Origin: a virus | Taxonomy: Duplodnaviria > Caudoviricetes | IMG/VR virus record: IMGVR_UViG_3300030107_003563 | Span: 1 to 53,900 of that record | Length of the DNA stretch: 53,900 bases | Direction: 5' to 3' (one strand) | Shown: positions 16,253 to 25,130 of the stretch, piece after piece | Layout: every line of letters starts with the position of its first letter | How positions within the stretch are numbered: the first letter of the stretch is position 1 | Notes under the pieces: generated by a model | What the model saw: the letters and a program-made list of their open reading frames with translations, nothing else | Database searches by the model: none | What the model was told of the DNA's origin: nothing | Translations under genes and position numbers: made by a program

Positions 16253-16480
16253 ATGGGACTATTTAAATTTATAGGTGGTGTTGCTACACCATTTTTGCAA
16301 AAATCATACTGGTTTAAAAAAGATGGTAAAAATATAACGCAAAAAGAATATTGTGAATGGCAAGGTAAAATAGGGCCAGATGTACCACCTTCTTTTAATC
16401 TACAGACAAACCATCCAGATGCTTGTGGTTTAAAGGCTAAAAGAGAAAAAGCAAGAAAAGAAAACGATAAAAAGAAATAA
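16253..16480 (+). CDS. Variant-leader small protein
   Basis: MGLFKFIGGVATPFLQK. Confidence 0.7.
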   Translation: MGLFKFIGGVATPFLQKSYWFKKDGKNITQKEYCEWQGKIGPDVPPSFNLQTNHPDACGLKAKREKARKENDKKK

Positions 16481-16867
16481 ATGTTAGATAAATTATTTAC
16501 AGGTGGTGCAGCTGACCTAGTTAAAAGCGTGGGCGGTGTTATAGATGGTTTACACACTTCTGACGAAGAAAAACTAGCTGCAGAACAAAAAGTAAAAGAA
16601 TTAATCGCTCAATACGAAATAGAGATGGAGAAGAACATCACTGCTCGTTGGCAAGCGGATTTAAAATCAGACTCATGGCTTAGTAAAAATGTTAGGCCTA
16701 TGGTTTTAATATTTTTAATAATATGTACAATGTTATTAATATTTATTGACGCCGGCGCTATAAACTTCGATGTTAAAGATACATGGGTAGATTTATTACA
16801 ATTAGTATTAATAACAGTGATTGGCGCTTATTTTGGCGGTAGATCATTTGAAAAAGTAAAAAAATAA
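16481..16867 (+). CDS. Holin (3TM / GTA-holin-like)
   Basis: RWQADLKSDSWLSKNVRP, two TM segments, AYFGGRSFEK. Confidence 0.8.
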   Translation: MLDKLFTGGAADLVKSVGGVIDGLHTSDEEKLAAEQKVKELIAQYEIEMEKNITARWQADLKSDSWLSKNVRPMVLIFLIICTMLLIFIDAGAINFDVKDTWVDLLQLVLITVIGAYFGGRSFEKVKK

Positions 16868-16871
16868 AATT

Positions 16872-17207
16872 ATGGGAATAAATTCAACAGAAGTAGCTTA
16901 CAGTTTTGGTCAATTAGGTAGCGGTTTTAGTGACGAGGCTGTTGAGGTAACTCCTCCAGCTGGAAAGGTTATAGTGGCTATTCAATTTTTAGAAGACACA
17001 GTGCTTTCTACTTTAGTAGCGGCTACAGACACACCTGACACAGCTTACTTTAGTCATACAACAGCTGTAGCTAACAATGGTGGCGGTGCTGCAGAAACAG
17101 ACGCTGCAACAAGTTTTCCAAAGGGTTTGACTATATATGGAAGATGGGCTAGTTTTACTCCTCCTACTTCAACAGCTGGTGGCGTAATCTTTTATTTTGG
17201 ATACTAA
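16872..17207 (+). CDS. Hypothetical protein, probably virion-associated
   Basis: Beta-rich, FPKGLTIYGRW motif. Confidence 0.6.
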   Translation: MGINSTEVAYSFGQLGSGFSDEAVEVTPPAGKVIVAIQFLEDTVLSTLVAATDTPDTAYFSHTTAVANNGGGAAETDAATSFPKGLTIYGRWASFTPPTSTAGGVIFYFGY

Positions 17208-17983
17208 TGTTAGGATTAGGACATAATATAGCTACACCAATGGTAAGTGGGGAAACCCCATATTCAAACGATTATTATTACACAGGAACTCATGCTACCG
17301 CTACGTTTGTTAATACAAATTCTGCTATGCAATCGTTATTTAGAGATAGCTGGACGTTTTCTGGTTGGTTTAATTTTGATGACGGACAAACCAATCCTCC
17401 AAACGGTATATTTGGAGCTAAGCATGATAGTAACAATCAAGTTATATGTACTACTACTAAAAACGCTTCTGCAATAAATGTATCTTTTGTGGCTAATGGA
17501 GACACACATCTCACTGTGCTTGATGCAAACTCTTGGGGAAATGGGGCTACTGGTTGGCAGCATGTGGCTGTAACCTGCAATAAGGGGGCTAGTGCTGTTA
17601 CAATTACTATTTATGTAAATGGAAGTGCCCCAGCTCAAACATCAAACCCCTTAGTAAATCCAACTAACATGGCCGCTTTTACAAACACCCAAAGTATATA
17701 CATTGGTGCAATATATACTGGTAGTGTTATGGAAAGTCTTCGAGGTGATATGGATGATGTAGCTTTTCATTCTAAAGCTTTATCATCAAGTGAGGTTTCT
17801 GAAATTTATAACGGAGGAGTATCAGTTGATTTAACAAAAATTTCCACTTCTGGCGATCTTGTACATTATTATACGTTTAACAGTCAAAACGGTGATGATA
17901 GTGGTAGTGGGGAATCAGACGCTACTTTTGCTGAAGAAGGCCACTCTTTTAACGCACATTCAACACCAACCTCAGCACCATAA
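17207..17983 (+). CDS. LamG/concanavalin-A-like lectin-domain virion protein
   Basis: WTFSGWF, WQHVAVT, IYVNG, GDMDDVAFHSKALSSSEVSEIYN. Confidence 0.8.
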   Translation: MLGLGHNIATPMVSGETPYSNDYYYTGTHATATFVNTNSAMQSLFRDSWTFSGWFNFDDGQTNPPNGIFGAKHDSNNQVICTTTKNASAINVSFVANGDTHLTVLDANSWGNGATGWQHVAVTCNKGASAVTITIYVNGSAPAQTSNPLVNPTNMAAFTNTQSIYIGAIYTGSVMESLRGDMDDVAFHSKALSSSEVSEIYNGGVSVDLTKISTSGDLVHYYTFNSQNGDDSGSGESDATFAEEGHSFNAHSTPTSAP

Positions 17984-18018
17984 CATAATAAATAAATAAT
18001 TAACTTAAATTAAATAAA

Positions 18019-18297
18019 ATGGCAAAAAAAGAAAAAATAGTAGACTTAAAGTCTAAACCTAAAAAAATAACTAAAAAAGAACTAGAAGAAGTTCAAGATG
18101 TTGTTAACGATATGAATAGAGCACAAATAGAAGTTGGCTCTATAGAATCTAGAAAACTACAACTATTATTTAGAATAGATGGTTATAAAGAAAAATTAAA
18201 TTTAATGCAAAAGTCTTTCGGTGATAAATATGGAACGTTTGATATAAACATCTCCGATGGTACTATAAACTATCCAGAAAATGGCAAAGCTAATTAG
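18019..18297 (+). CDS. Hypothetical coiled-coil protein
   Basis: 92 aa; KYGTFDINISDGTI C-terminus. Confidence 0.7.
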   Translation: MAKKEKIVDLKSKPKKITKKELEEVQDVVNDMNRAQIEVGSIESRKLQLLFRIDGYKEKLNLMQKSFGDKYGTFDINISDGTINYPENGKAN

Positions 18298-18502
18298 AAA
18301 AATAAGTATTGGTAAAGATTATAAAAACGATGCTATGCACTACGCAGTTGGTCAAGAGGTTTATGGTGGTCATACTATTTGTGATATATTAGAAGAAGAA
18401 GATAAATACTCTGTATATATTAAAAAGAAAAAAGATGTACTACCTTGGAAAGACTTTAATAAAAACATGGCGGTATCCGTAGAATATAATTTAGAATACT
18501 AA
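18281..18502 (+). CDS. Hypothetical protein
   Basis: 73-aa ORF overlapping both neighbours. Confidence 0.7.
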   Translation: MAKLIRKISIGKDYKNDAMHYAVGQEVYGGHTICDILEEEDKYSVYIKKKKDVLPWKDFNKNMAVSVEYNLEY

Positions 18503-19083
18503 TGAAAAGTGTTTACAACTTTGTTGTAACACCAAAAGGAGGAAGATATAATAACACTAAAAAGGTTGGCGATTCAGAACTAATTATTAACACCGAAATA
18601 TATAATCATCAATTTGTAAATAGAGAAGCAGTTGTTGTTTCAACCCCGATTGTTGGTAGTACAAGCATAAAACCAGGAGATACAGTAATAGTACATCACA
18701 ATGTTTTTCGTAGATGGCACAATGTAAAAAGTATTGAAAAAAATAGTAGAAGTTACTTTAATGAAAATACTTACCTTATAAATCACGATCAAATTTTTTT
18801 ATACAAAAGAGATAAAGAATGGGTAGCTCCTAAAGGTTATTGTTTTATAAAACCTTTAAAAGCTATAGATCAGTTTAATATTGAGTCTGAAAAACCTTTG
18901 CAGGGCATTGTTAAATACTCAGATGGCACTGTAGATGTTAATGATTTAATTGGTTTTAGACCAAAAAGTGAATATGAGTTTATAGTTGACGGCGAAAGAC
19001 TATATAGAGTTTTATCTAATTTTATTACAATTAAATATGAATATCAAGGAAACGAAGAAGAATATAATCCTAGCTGGGCGTAA
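18502..19083 (+). CDS. GroES-like protein (apparently two tandem domains)
   Basis: EAVVVSTP...IKPGDTVIVHH and GIVKY...VNDLIGF...EYEFIVDGERLYRV. Confidence 0.55.
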   Translation: MKSVYNFVVTPKGGRYNNTKKVGDSELIINTEIYNHQFVNREAVVVSTPIVGSTSIKPGDTVIVHHNVFRRWHNVKSIEKNSRSYFNENTYLINHDQIFLYKRDKEWVAPKGYCFIKPLKAIDQFNIESEKPLQGIVKYSDGTVDVNDLIGFRPKSEYEFIVDGERLYRVLSNFITIKYEYQGNEEEYNPSWA

Positions 19084-19315
19084 AGCAGTTAACGAGTTGA
19101 TTAAAGTTGCTGAAGAAAAGATTATTACAAACACAGAAGATGATGTCTCGGCTGATAGATTAAAAAACGCTGCAGCTACAAAAAAATTAGCTATATTTGA
19201 CGCATTTGAAATACTTAACAGAATCCAAGAAGAGGAGAACTTGCTTGAGGGCAAAACACCTGAAGAGACAAAGAAAGAAGTCTTTAGAGGATTCGCAGAA
19301 GGCAGATCTAAGTAA
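19037..19315 (+). CDS. Putative terminase small subunit
   Basis: Helical 92-aa protein (ATG 19037) overlapping terL start by TAATG; call is positional. Confidence 0.5.
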   Translation: MNIKETKKNIILAGRKAVNELIKVAEEKIITNTEDDVSADRLKNAAATKKLAIFDAFEILNRIQEEENLLEGKTPEETKKEVFRGFAEGRSK

Positions 19316-21528
19316 TGTACGAGCAAAATTTAGTTAAAACAATAGAACCTATTAAACGCACGACTATAAGTCGGCTTAACAAATCTAAAAAATGGAAATA
19401 TGGATATGATAAAGAACACGATATCGTGGTTATCTCTAAAACTGGAAAAATTGGTGAAGTGGTTGAAATTCAAAACTTGCGAATTGGCTTGCCGTTGGAA
19501 CCAAAAAGAGTGTATATGCATCCCAAAAACAAATGGGAAAAAATAGAGTATCCAAAAGAATTAAATAGATTAAAAAATATATTTGATTGGAGAGCATACC
19601 CTGAAGAGCAAAAAGATCAGTGGTATGAGTATATAGACGAAGAGTTTAAGAGAAGAGAAGAAGGGTTTTGGTTTATGAACAATAGTAAGCCAACTTATAT
19701 AACAGGTACACATTATATGTATCTTCAATGGAGCAAGATAGATGTAGGCGCTCCAGATTTTAGAGAAGCAAATAGACTGTTTTATATCTTTTGGGAGGCA
19801 TGTAAAGCTGACAAAAGATGTTATGGTATGTGTTACCTAAAGAACAGAAGATCAGGATTTTCGTTTATGTCATCTGCAGAAACAGTTAACTTAGCCACAC
19901 TTGCAAGTGATAGTAGATACGGTATACTATCTAAAACAGGTTCTGATGCTAAGAAAATGTTTACAGACAAAGTCGTACCGATTAGTATAAACTATCCTTT
20001 TTTCTTTAAACCTATACAGGACGGTATGGATCGTCCAAAATCAGAGCTTGCCTATAGAGTTCCTGCTAGTAAGTTTACAAGAAAGAAAATTACTTCAAAC
20101 GAACAACTTGAAGATTTGCAAGGGTTAGATACGACTATAGATTGGAAAAATACTGGTGACAATAGTTATGACGGTGAAAAACTTAACTTACTAGTACATG
20201 ATGAAAGTGGTAAGTGGGAAAGACCTGATAATATATTAAACAATTGGAGAGTTACAAAAACATGTTTGAGATTAGGTAGTAAGATAGTTGGTAAGTGTAT
20301 GATGGGTAGTACATCTAACGCTTTAGATAAAGGGGGTGATAACTTTAAAAAATTATACAATGCATCAGATGTCACTAAAAGAAATAGAAATGGTCAAACA
20401 AAATCTGGTTTATATTCTTTGTTTATCCCAATGGAATGGAACTACGAAGGATTTATTGACGAGTATGGAGTTCCAGTATTCACTACTCCTGACACAGACG
20501 TGTTTGCCCCAGATGGCGAACTAATAGATATAGGCGTAGTAGATAGTTGGCAAAATGAAGTTGATGGTTTAAAAGGAGATCATGATGCTTTAAACGAGTT
20601 TTACAGACAGTTTCCAAGAACTGAAGAACACGCGTTTAGAGATGAAGCTTTAAATAGTATATTTAATTTAGTAAAAATATACGAACAAATAGATTATAAT
20701 GATGGAATAGGAAATGATGCTGTAGTATCTACAGGTAATTTTCAATGGGTAAATGGAGTTAAGGATACACAAGTTATATTTTATCCAGATCCAAAAGGTA
20801 GATTTAAGGTAAGTTGGGTGCCACCGTCTCATTTGCAAAATAAAATTATAGCAAAGAATGGAGTTAAATATCCTGGTAATGAGCACATAGGTGCTTTTGG
20901 TTGTGACTCATATGATATATCAGGAACAGTGGACGGTAGAGGATCTAATGGAGCGCTACACGGTTTAACTAAATTTTCAATGGAAGAAGCGCCTTCTAGT
21001 TCTTTTTTCTTAGAATATATAGCTAGACCACAAACCGCTGAGATGTTTTTTGAAGATGTGTTGATGGCATTAGTGTTTTACGGCATGCCAATACTTGCGG
21101 AAAACAATAAACCTAGACTTTTATACTATCTTAGAAGAAGAGGTTATAGAGGCTACTCAATGAACAGACCAGATAAAACATGGAAAAAATTATCTATAGC
21201 AGAAAAAGAAATAGGTGGTATACCAAACTCTAGTGAAGATATAAAACAAGCCCACGCTGCTGCTATAGAAATGTACATACAAGATAGAGTGGGTTTACAG
21301 TCTAACGGTAACTACGGCACGATGTATTTTAACCGCACGTTAAACGATTGGGCTAAATTTGATATAAACAAGAGAACAAAATTTGATGCCGCGATTAGCT
21401 CTGGTTTAGCCATAATGGCATGTAATAGACATTTGTACGCGCCAAATGCTAGGATTGAAAGACAAAAACTAAATATAAGCATAGCCAGATATAAAAACGA
21501 CGGCAATGTATCTAAAATAATTAAATAG
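19315..21528 (+). CDS. terL: Terminase large subunit
   Basis: LKNRRSGFS (Walker A-like), LLVHDESGK (Walker B), GSTSN, FGCDSYD nuclease Asp, ENNK. Confidence 0.9.
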   Translation: MYEQNLVKTIEPIKRTTISRLNKSKKWKYGYDKEHDIVVISKTGKIGEVVEIQNLRIGLPLEPKRVYMHPKNKWEKIEYPKELNRLKNIFDWRAYPEEQKDQWYEYIDEEFKRREEGFWFMNNSKPTYITGTHYMYLQWSKIDVGAPDFREANRLFYIFWEACKADKRCYGMCYLKNRRSGFSFMSSAETVNLATLASDSRYGILSKTGSDAKKMFTDKVVPISINYPFFFKPIQDGMDRPKSELAYRVPASKFTRKKITSNEQLEDLQGLDTTIDWKNTGDNSYDGEKLNLLVHDESGKWERPDNILNNWRVTKTCLRLGSKIVGKCMMGSTSNALDKGGDNFKKLYNASDVTKRNRNGQTKSGLYSLFIPMEWNYEGFIDEYGVPVFTTPDTDVFAPDGELIDIGVVDSWQNEVDGLKGDHDALNEFYRQFPRTEEHAFRDEALNSIFNLVKIYEQIDYNDGIGNDAVVSTGNFQWVNGVKDTQVIFYPDPKGRFKVSWVPPSHLQNKIIAKNGVKYPGNEHIGAFGCDSYDISGTVDGRGSNGALHGLTKFSMEEAPSSSFFLEYIARPQTAEMFFEDVLMALVFYGMPILAENNKPRLLYYLRRRGYRGYSMNRPDKTWKKLSIAEKEIGGIPNSSEDIKQAHAAAIEMYIQDRVGLQSNGNYGTMYFNRTLNDWAKFDINKRTKFDAAISSGLAIMACNRHLYAPNARIERQKLNISIARYKNDGNVSKIIK

Positions 21529-21533
21529 CAAAT

Positions 21534-23963
21534 ATGTTAAGATCAGGTGTAAAAGGTAATTTCCCGAGTCAAGTTGTTAGTGATCTAGAAAAGATGACTG
21601 GCGAGTATGGTTTAGAGGTTGGAAAAGCTATCTCAGGGGAATGGTTTAATAATGGCACTTATAATAATAAGTATTTAAATACAGCTAATAATTTTCATAG
21701 CCTAAGATTATACTCTAGGGGAGAGCAATCTATACAAAAATATAAGGATGAGTTATCTATAAACGGTGATTTGTCCTATTTAAATTTAGACTGGAAGCCT
21801 GTTCCAATTATACCTAAGTTTGTAGATATAGTTGTTAACGGAATGGCTGAAAGAATGTATGATATAAAAGCATACTCACAAGACCCTCATGGTGTAAGCA
21901 AGAGAACTGAGTATATGGAGTCTTTGTTAGGAGATTACCAAACTAAAGATTTAAACGCTTTAGTAGAAGAAACATTAGGTATAAGCTTAAATGAAAACGA
22001 CAAAGCAATGATACCGGCCTCAGAACAAGAGCTAGATCTACACATGCAGTTAACATATAAACAAGCCGTAGAAATAGCTGAAGAACAAGCTTTAAACGTT
22101 TTATTAGAAGGTAACAGATATGAGTTGATAAAAAAGAGATTTTATCACGACCTCACGGTATTAGGTATTGGCGCTATAAAGACAACTTTTAACCCTAGCG
22201 AGGGTGTTAAGGTAGATTACGTTGATCCAGCTAATTTAGTTTATTCTTATACAGAGTCTCCATATTTTGAAGATATATACTATGTTGGTGAGGTAAAAGA
22301 AATACCTATAAACGAACTAGTGAAACAGTTTCCAGATTTAACACATGAGAACTTAGAAGAGATAATAGATAACTCTGGTGGAAATAAAAATGCTTATAAG
22401 TTTGAAAGCGAAAGCGATGGTGACAATAACAAGGTTTCTGTTTTGTATTTTAACTATAAAACTCATATGAATGAGGTTTATAAAATGAAGCAAACAAAGA
22501 GTGGAGGGGAAAAAGCTATAGAAAAAGATGATACGTTTAATCCACCTGAAAATAAAGAAGGAGACTATAGCGCTTTAAAAAGATGTGTAGAGGTTTTGTT
22601 TGAAGGCGCTATGATTTTAGGTAGTGATAAATTACTTAAATGGGAGATAGCGGAAAATATGATGCGCCCTAAAAGTGATTTTACTAAAGTTAAAATGAAT
22701 TATGCTATAGTTGCACCTAGAATATATAATGGTAAAATAGAATCATTAGTTAGTAGAATAACAGGTTTTGCTGATATGATACAATTAACCCACTTAAAAC
22801 TACAGCAAGTTATGTCTCGCATGGTTCCAGATGGAATTTATTTAGATGCAGATGGACTTGCTGAAATAGATTTAGGTAATGGTACTAATTATAACCCACA
22901 AGAAGCTTTAAACATGTTCTTCCAAACTGGTAGTATAATTGGTAGATCGATGACTAGTGATGGGGAAATGAATCCGGGTAAAATGCCTATTCAAGAAATA
23001 CAGTCTAGTAATGGTGGTGCTAAAATGCAGAGTTTAATACAAACATACAACTATTATTTACAGATGATAAGAGATGTCACTGGATTAAATGAGGCTAGAG
23101 ATGGTGCTATGCCTGATAAATATTCTTTAGTTGGTGTACAAAAGTTAGCAGCTGCAAATTCTAACACAGCAACTAGACATCTATTGCAAGCTGGTTTGTT
23201 CTTAACACAAGAAGTATGTGAAGCTTTATCGCTTAGGATATCTGACATACTAGAGTACTCACCAACAAAAAATGCTTTTATACAACAAATAGGCGCTCAT
23301 AATGTTGCTACTTTAGATGAAATGTCAGAGTTACATCTATATGATTTTGGTATATTTATAGACTTGATGCCAGATGAAGAAGAAAAACAATTATTAGAAA
23401 ACAACATACAAGCGGCTTTAGCACAACAAACTATAGATATAGAAGATGCTATTGATCTTAGAGAGATAAGAAGTGTTAAGTTAGCGAATCAACTGCTAAA
23501 AGTACGTAGAAAAAAGAAATTAGAAAGAGATCAAAAGATACAACAAGAAAATATACTTGCTCAATCTCAAGCTAATATACAAACGCAACAGGCATCTGCT
23601 CAAATGGAAATACAGAAAAAACAATCTGAATCCCAGTCAATGCAGGAATTAGAGTCTATTAAAGCTAAATTTGAATCTGAAAGAATGATGCAAGAAACAG
23701 AGCTTAAAAAACAATTAATGGATCATGAGTTTGAAATTAAGATTAGAATAGCAAAACTAGAAGCTGACGCTATGAAAGCTAAAGAAGATGGTAAAGAAGA
23801 TAGAAAAGACAAAAGAACTAAAATACAGGCCACGCAGCAATCAGAACTTATAGATCAAAGGAAGAACGATAAACCACCTAAAAACTTTGAATCAGATGTT
23901 TTAGGTGGAGGAGCAGGGGTACCACCTCTACCAGGAGTAGGTGACCCACTTATGGGTGTGTAA
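21534..23963 (+). CDS. Portal protein
   Basis: Follows terL; PIIPKFVDIVVN, IRDVTGLNEARDG, Q-rich C-terminal coil. Confidence 0.85.
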   Translation: MLRSGVKGNFPSQVVSDLEKMTGEYGLEVGKAISGEWFNNGTYNNKYLNTANNFHSLRLYSRGEQSIQKYKDELSINGDLSYLNLDWKPVPIIPKFVDIVVNGMAERMYDIKAYSQDPHGVSKRTEYMESLLGDYQTKDLNALVEETLGISLNENDKAMIPASEQELDLHMQLTYKQAVEIAEEQALNVLLEGNRYELIKKRFYHDLTVLGIGAIKTTFNPSEGVKVDYVDPANLVYSYTESPYFEDIYYVGEVKEIPINELVKQFPDLTHENLEEIIDNSGGNKNAYKFESESDGDNNKVSVLYFNYKTHMNEVYKMKQTKSGGEKAIEKDDTFNPPENKEGDYSALKRCVEVLFEGAMILGSDKLLKWEIAENMMRPKSDFTKVKMNYAIVAPRIYNGKIESLVSRITGFADMIQLTHLKLQQVMSRMVPDGIYLDADGLAEIDLGNGTNYNPQEALNMFFQTGSIIGRSMTSDGEMNPGKMPIQEIQSSNGGAKMQSLIQTYNYYLQMIRDVTGLNEARDGAMPDKYSLVGVQKLAAANSNTATRHLLQAGLFLTQEVCEALSLRISDILEYSPTKNAFIQQIGAHNVATLDEMSELHLYDFGIFIDLMPDEEEKQLLENNIQAALAQQTIDIEDAIDLREIRSVKLANQLLKVRRKKKLERDQKIQQENILAQSQANIQTQQASAQMEIQKKQSESQSMQELESIKAKFESERMMQETELKKQLMDHEFEIKIRIAKLEADAMKAKEDGKEDRKDKRTKIQATQQSELIDQRKNDKPPKNFESDVLGGGAGVPPLPGVGDPLMGV

Positions 23964-23990
23964 ATTTATTAACTATTATTATATTATATT

Positions 23991-25112
23991 ATGGAAGAAA
24001 ACAAAGAAAAAGAACTACCTAAAAAAGAGGAAGTACTAAGTCAACAAGAAAATACTAATGAAAAAGTAGAGGGTTTAAAAGTAAAAAAATCAAAAAGTAA
24101 AGAAATACCAGATATTGTTAAGGTAAAACTAACAAAGCCTACAGAGGAAGTTAAACCGGAAGTTACTAAAGTTGATTTGACTAACGCAAAGCCTGTTACA
24201 GAGGAAGTTGTAGAACAACCTGAAGTTGAGCAGCAACCTATAGTTGAAATTACAAATGAAGAACCAGTAAAACCTCAACTACCTCCACAGCCAGAATTAC
24301 CAGAAGGTATACAAAAGGTTGTTGATTTTATGAAAGACACTGGTGGTGATTTAAACGATTATATAAATCTAAATAGAAGTTTTGAAGATTATGGTGATGA
24401 TGATTTACTTAGATCGTATTATAAAGACACAAAACCTCATCTAAATGACGAAGAAATAAACTTTTTAGTACAGGAAAGTTTTGATTGGGATGAGAAAATA
24501 GATGACGAAAGAGATATAAAAAGAAAAAAATTAGCGTTAAAAGAGCAAGTTGCCAGCGCTAAAAGCCACCTGGACGGGCTAAAGTCCAAATACTATGAAG
24601 ATATTAAAATGGGGTCTAAGCTCACTGAAGAGCAACAAAACGCTATTAAATTCTTCAACGAGTCAAAAGAGAGACAACAAGCGTCAGAAAACGCGCAATC
24701 TATGTTTTTAGAACAAACTAATCAAGTGTTTAATGATGATTTTAAAGGCTTTGAATACAAAATTGGTGACAAAAGATTTAGATATAACGTGAGTGATACT
24801 GAAAAGGTGAAAACAACTCAAAGCGACATTAACAATTTCATAAGAAAGTTTCTTAATGAAAAAAATGAAATGGAAAACGCGAGTGGTTATCATAAAGGAT
24901 TATTTACAGCTATGAATTCCGATGCTATTGCTAATCATTTTTATGAACAAGGTAGAGCAGACGCTTTAAGAGAAAGTGTTGCAAAATCTAAAAACATTAA
25001 CATGGACCCTAGGCAATCACACAGTGGAGAGGTTAGGTCTGGTGTTAAAGTAAGAGTTTTAAATGATAATCCAAATGACTTTAAACAATTTAAAATTAGA
25101 AAAAATAAATAA
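23991..25112 (+). CDS. Putative capsid scaffolding protein
   Basis: Acidic, disordered N-terminus then helical; between portal and MCP. Confidence 0.65.
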   Translation: MEENKEKELPKKEEVLSQQENTNEKVEGLKVKKSKSKEIPDIVKVKLTKPTEEVKPEVTKVDLTNAKPVTEEVVEQPEVEQQPIVEITNEEPVKPQLPPQPELPEGIQKVVDFMKDTGGDLNDYINLNRSFEDYGDDDLLRSYYKDTKPHLNDEEINFLVQESFDWDEKIDDERDIKRKKLALKEQVASAKSHLDGLKSKYYEDIKMGSKLTEEQQNAIKFFNESKERQQASENAQSMFLEQTNQVFNDDFKGFEYKIGDKRFRYNVSDTEKVKTTQSDINNFIRKFLNEKNEMENASGYHKGLFTAMNSDAIANHFYEQGRADALRESVAKSKNINMDPRQSHSGEVRSGVKVRVLNDNPNDFKQFKIRKNK

Positions 25113-25130
25113 CTTAAAAACAATTAAAAA

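Noticed and set aside
18986-19036. N-terminal extension of putative terS from TTG 18986
   Set aside because: Deeper overlap with upstream gene; ATG 19037 with A-rich leader is more plausible.
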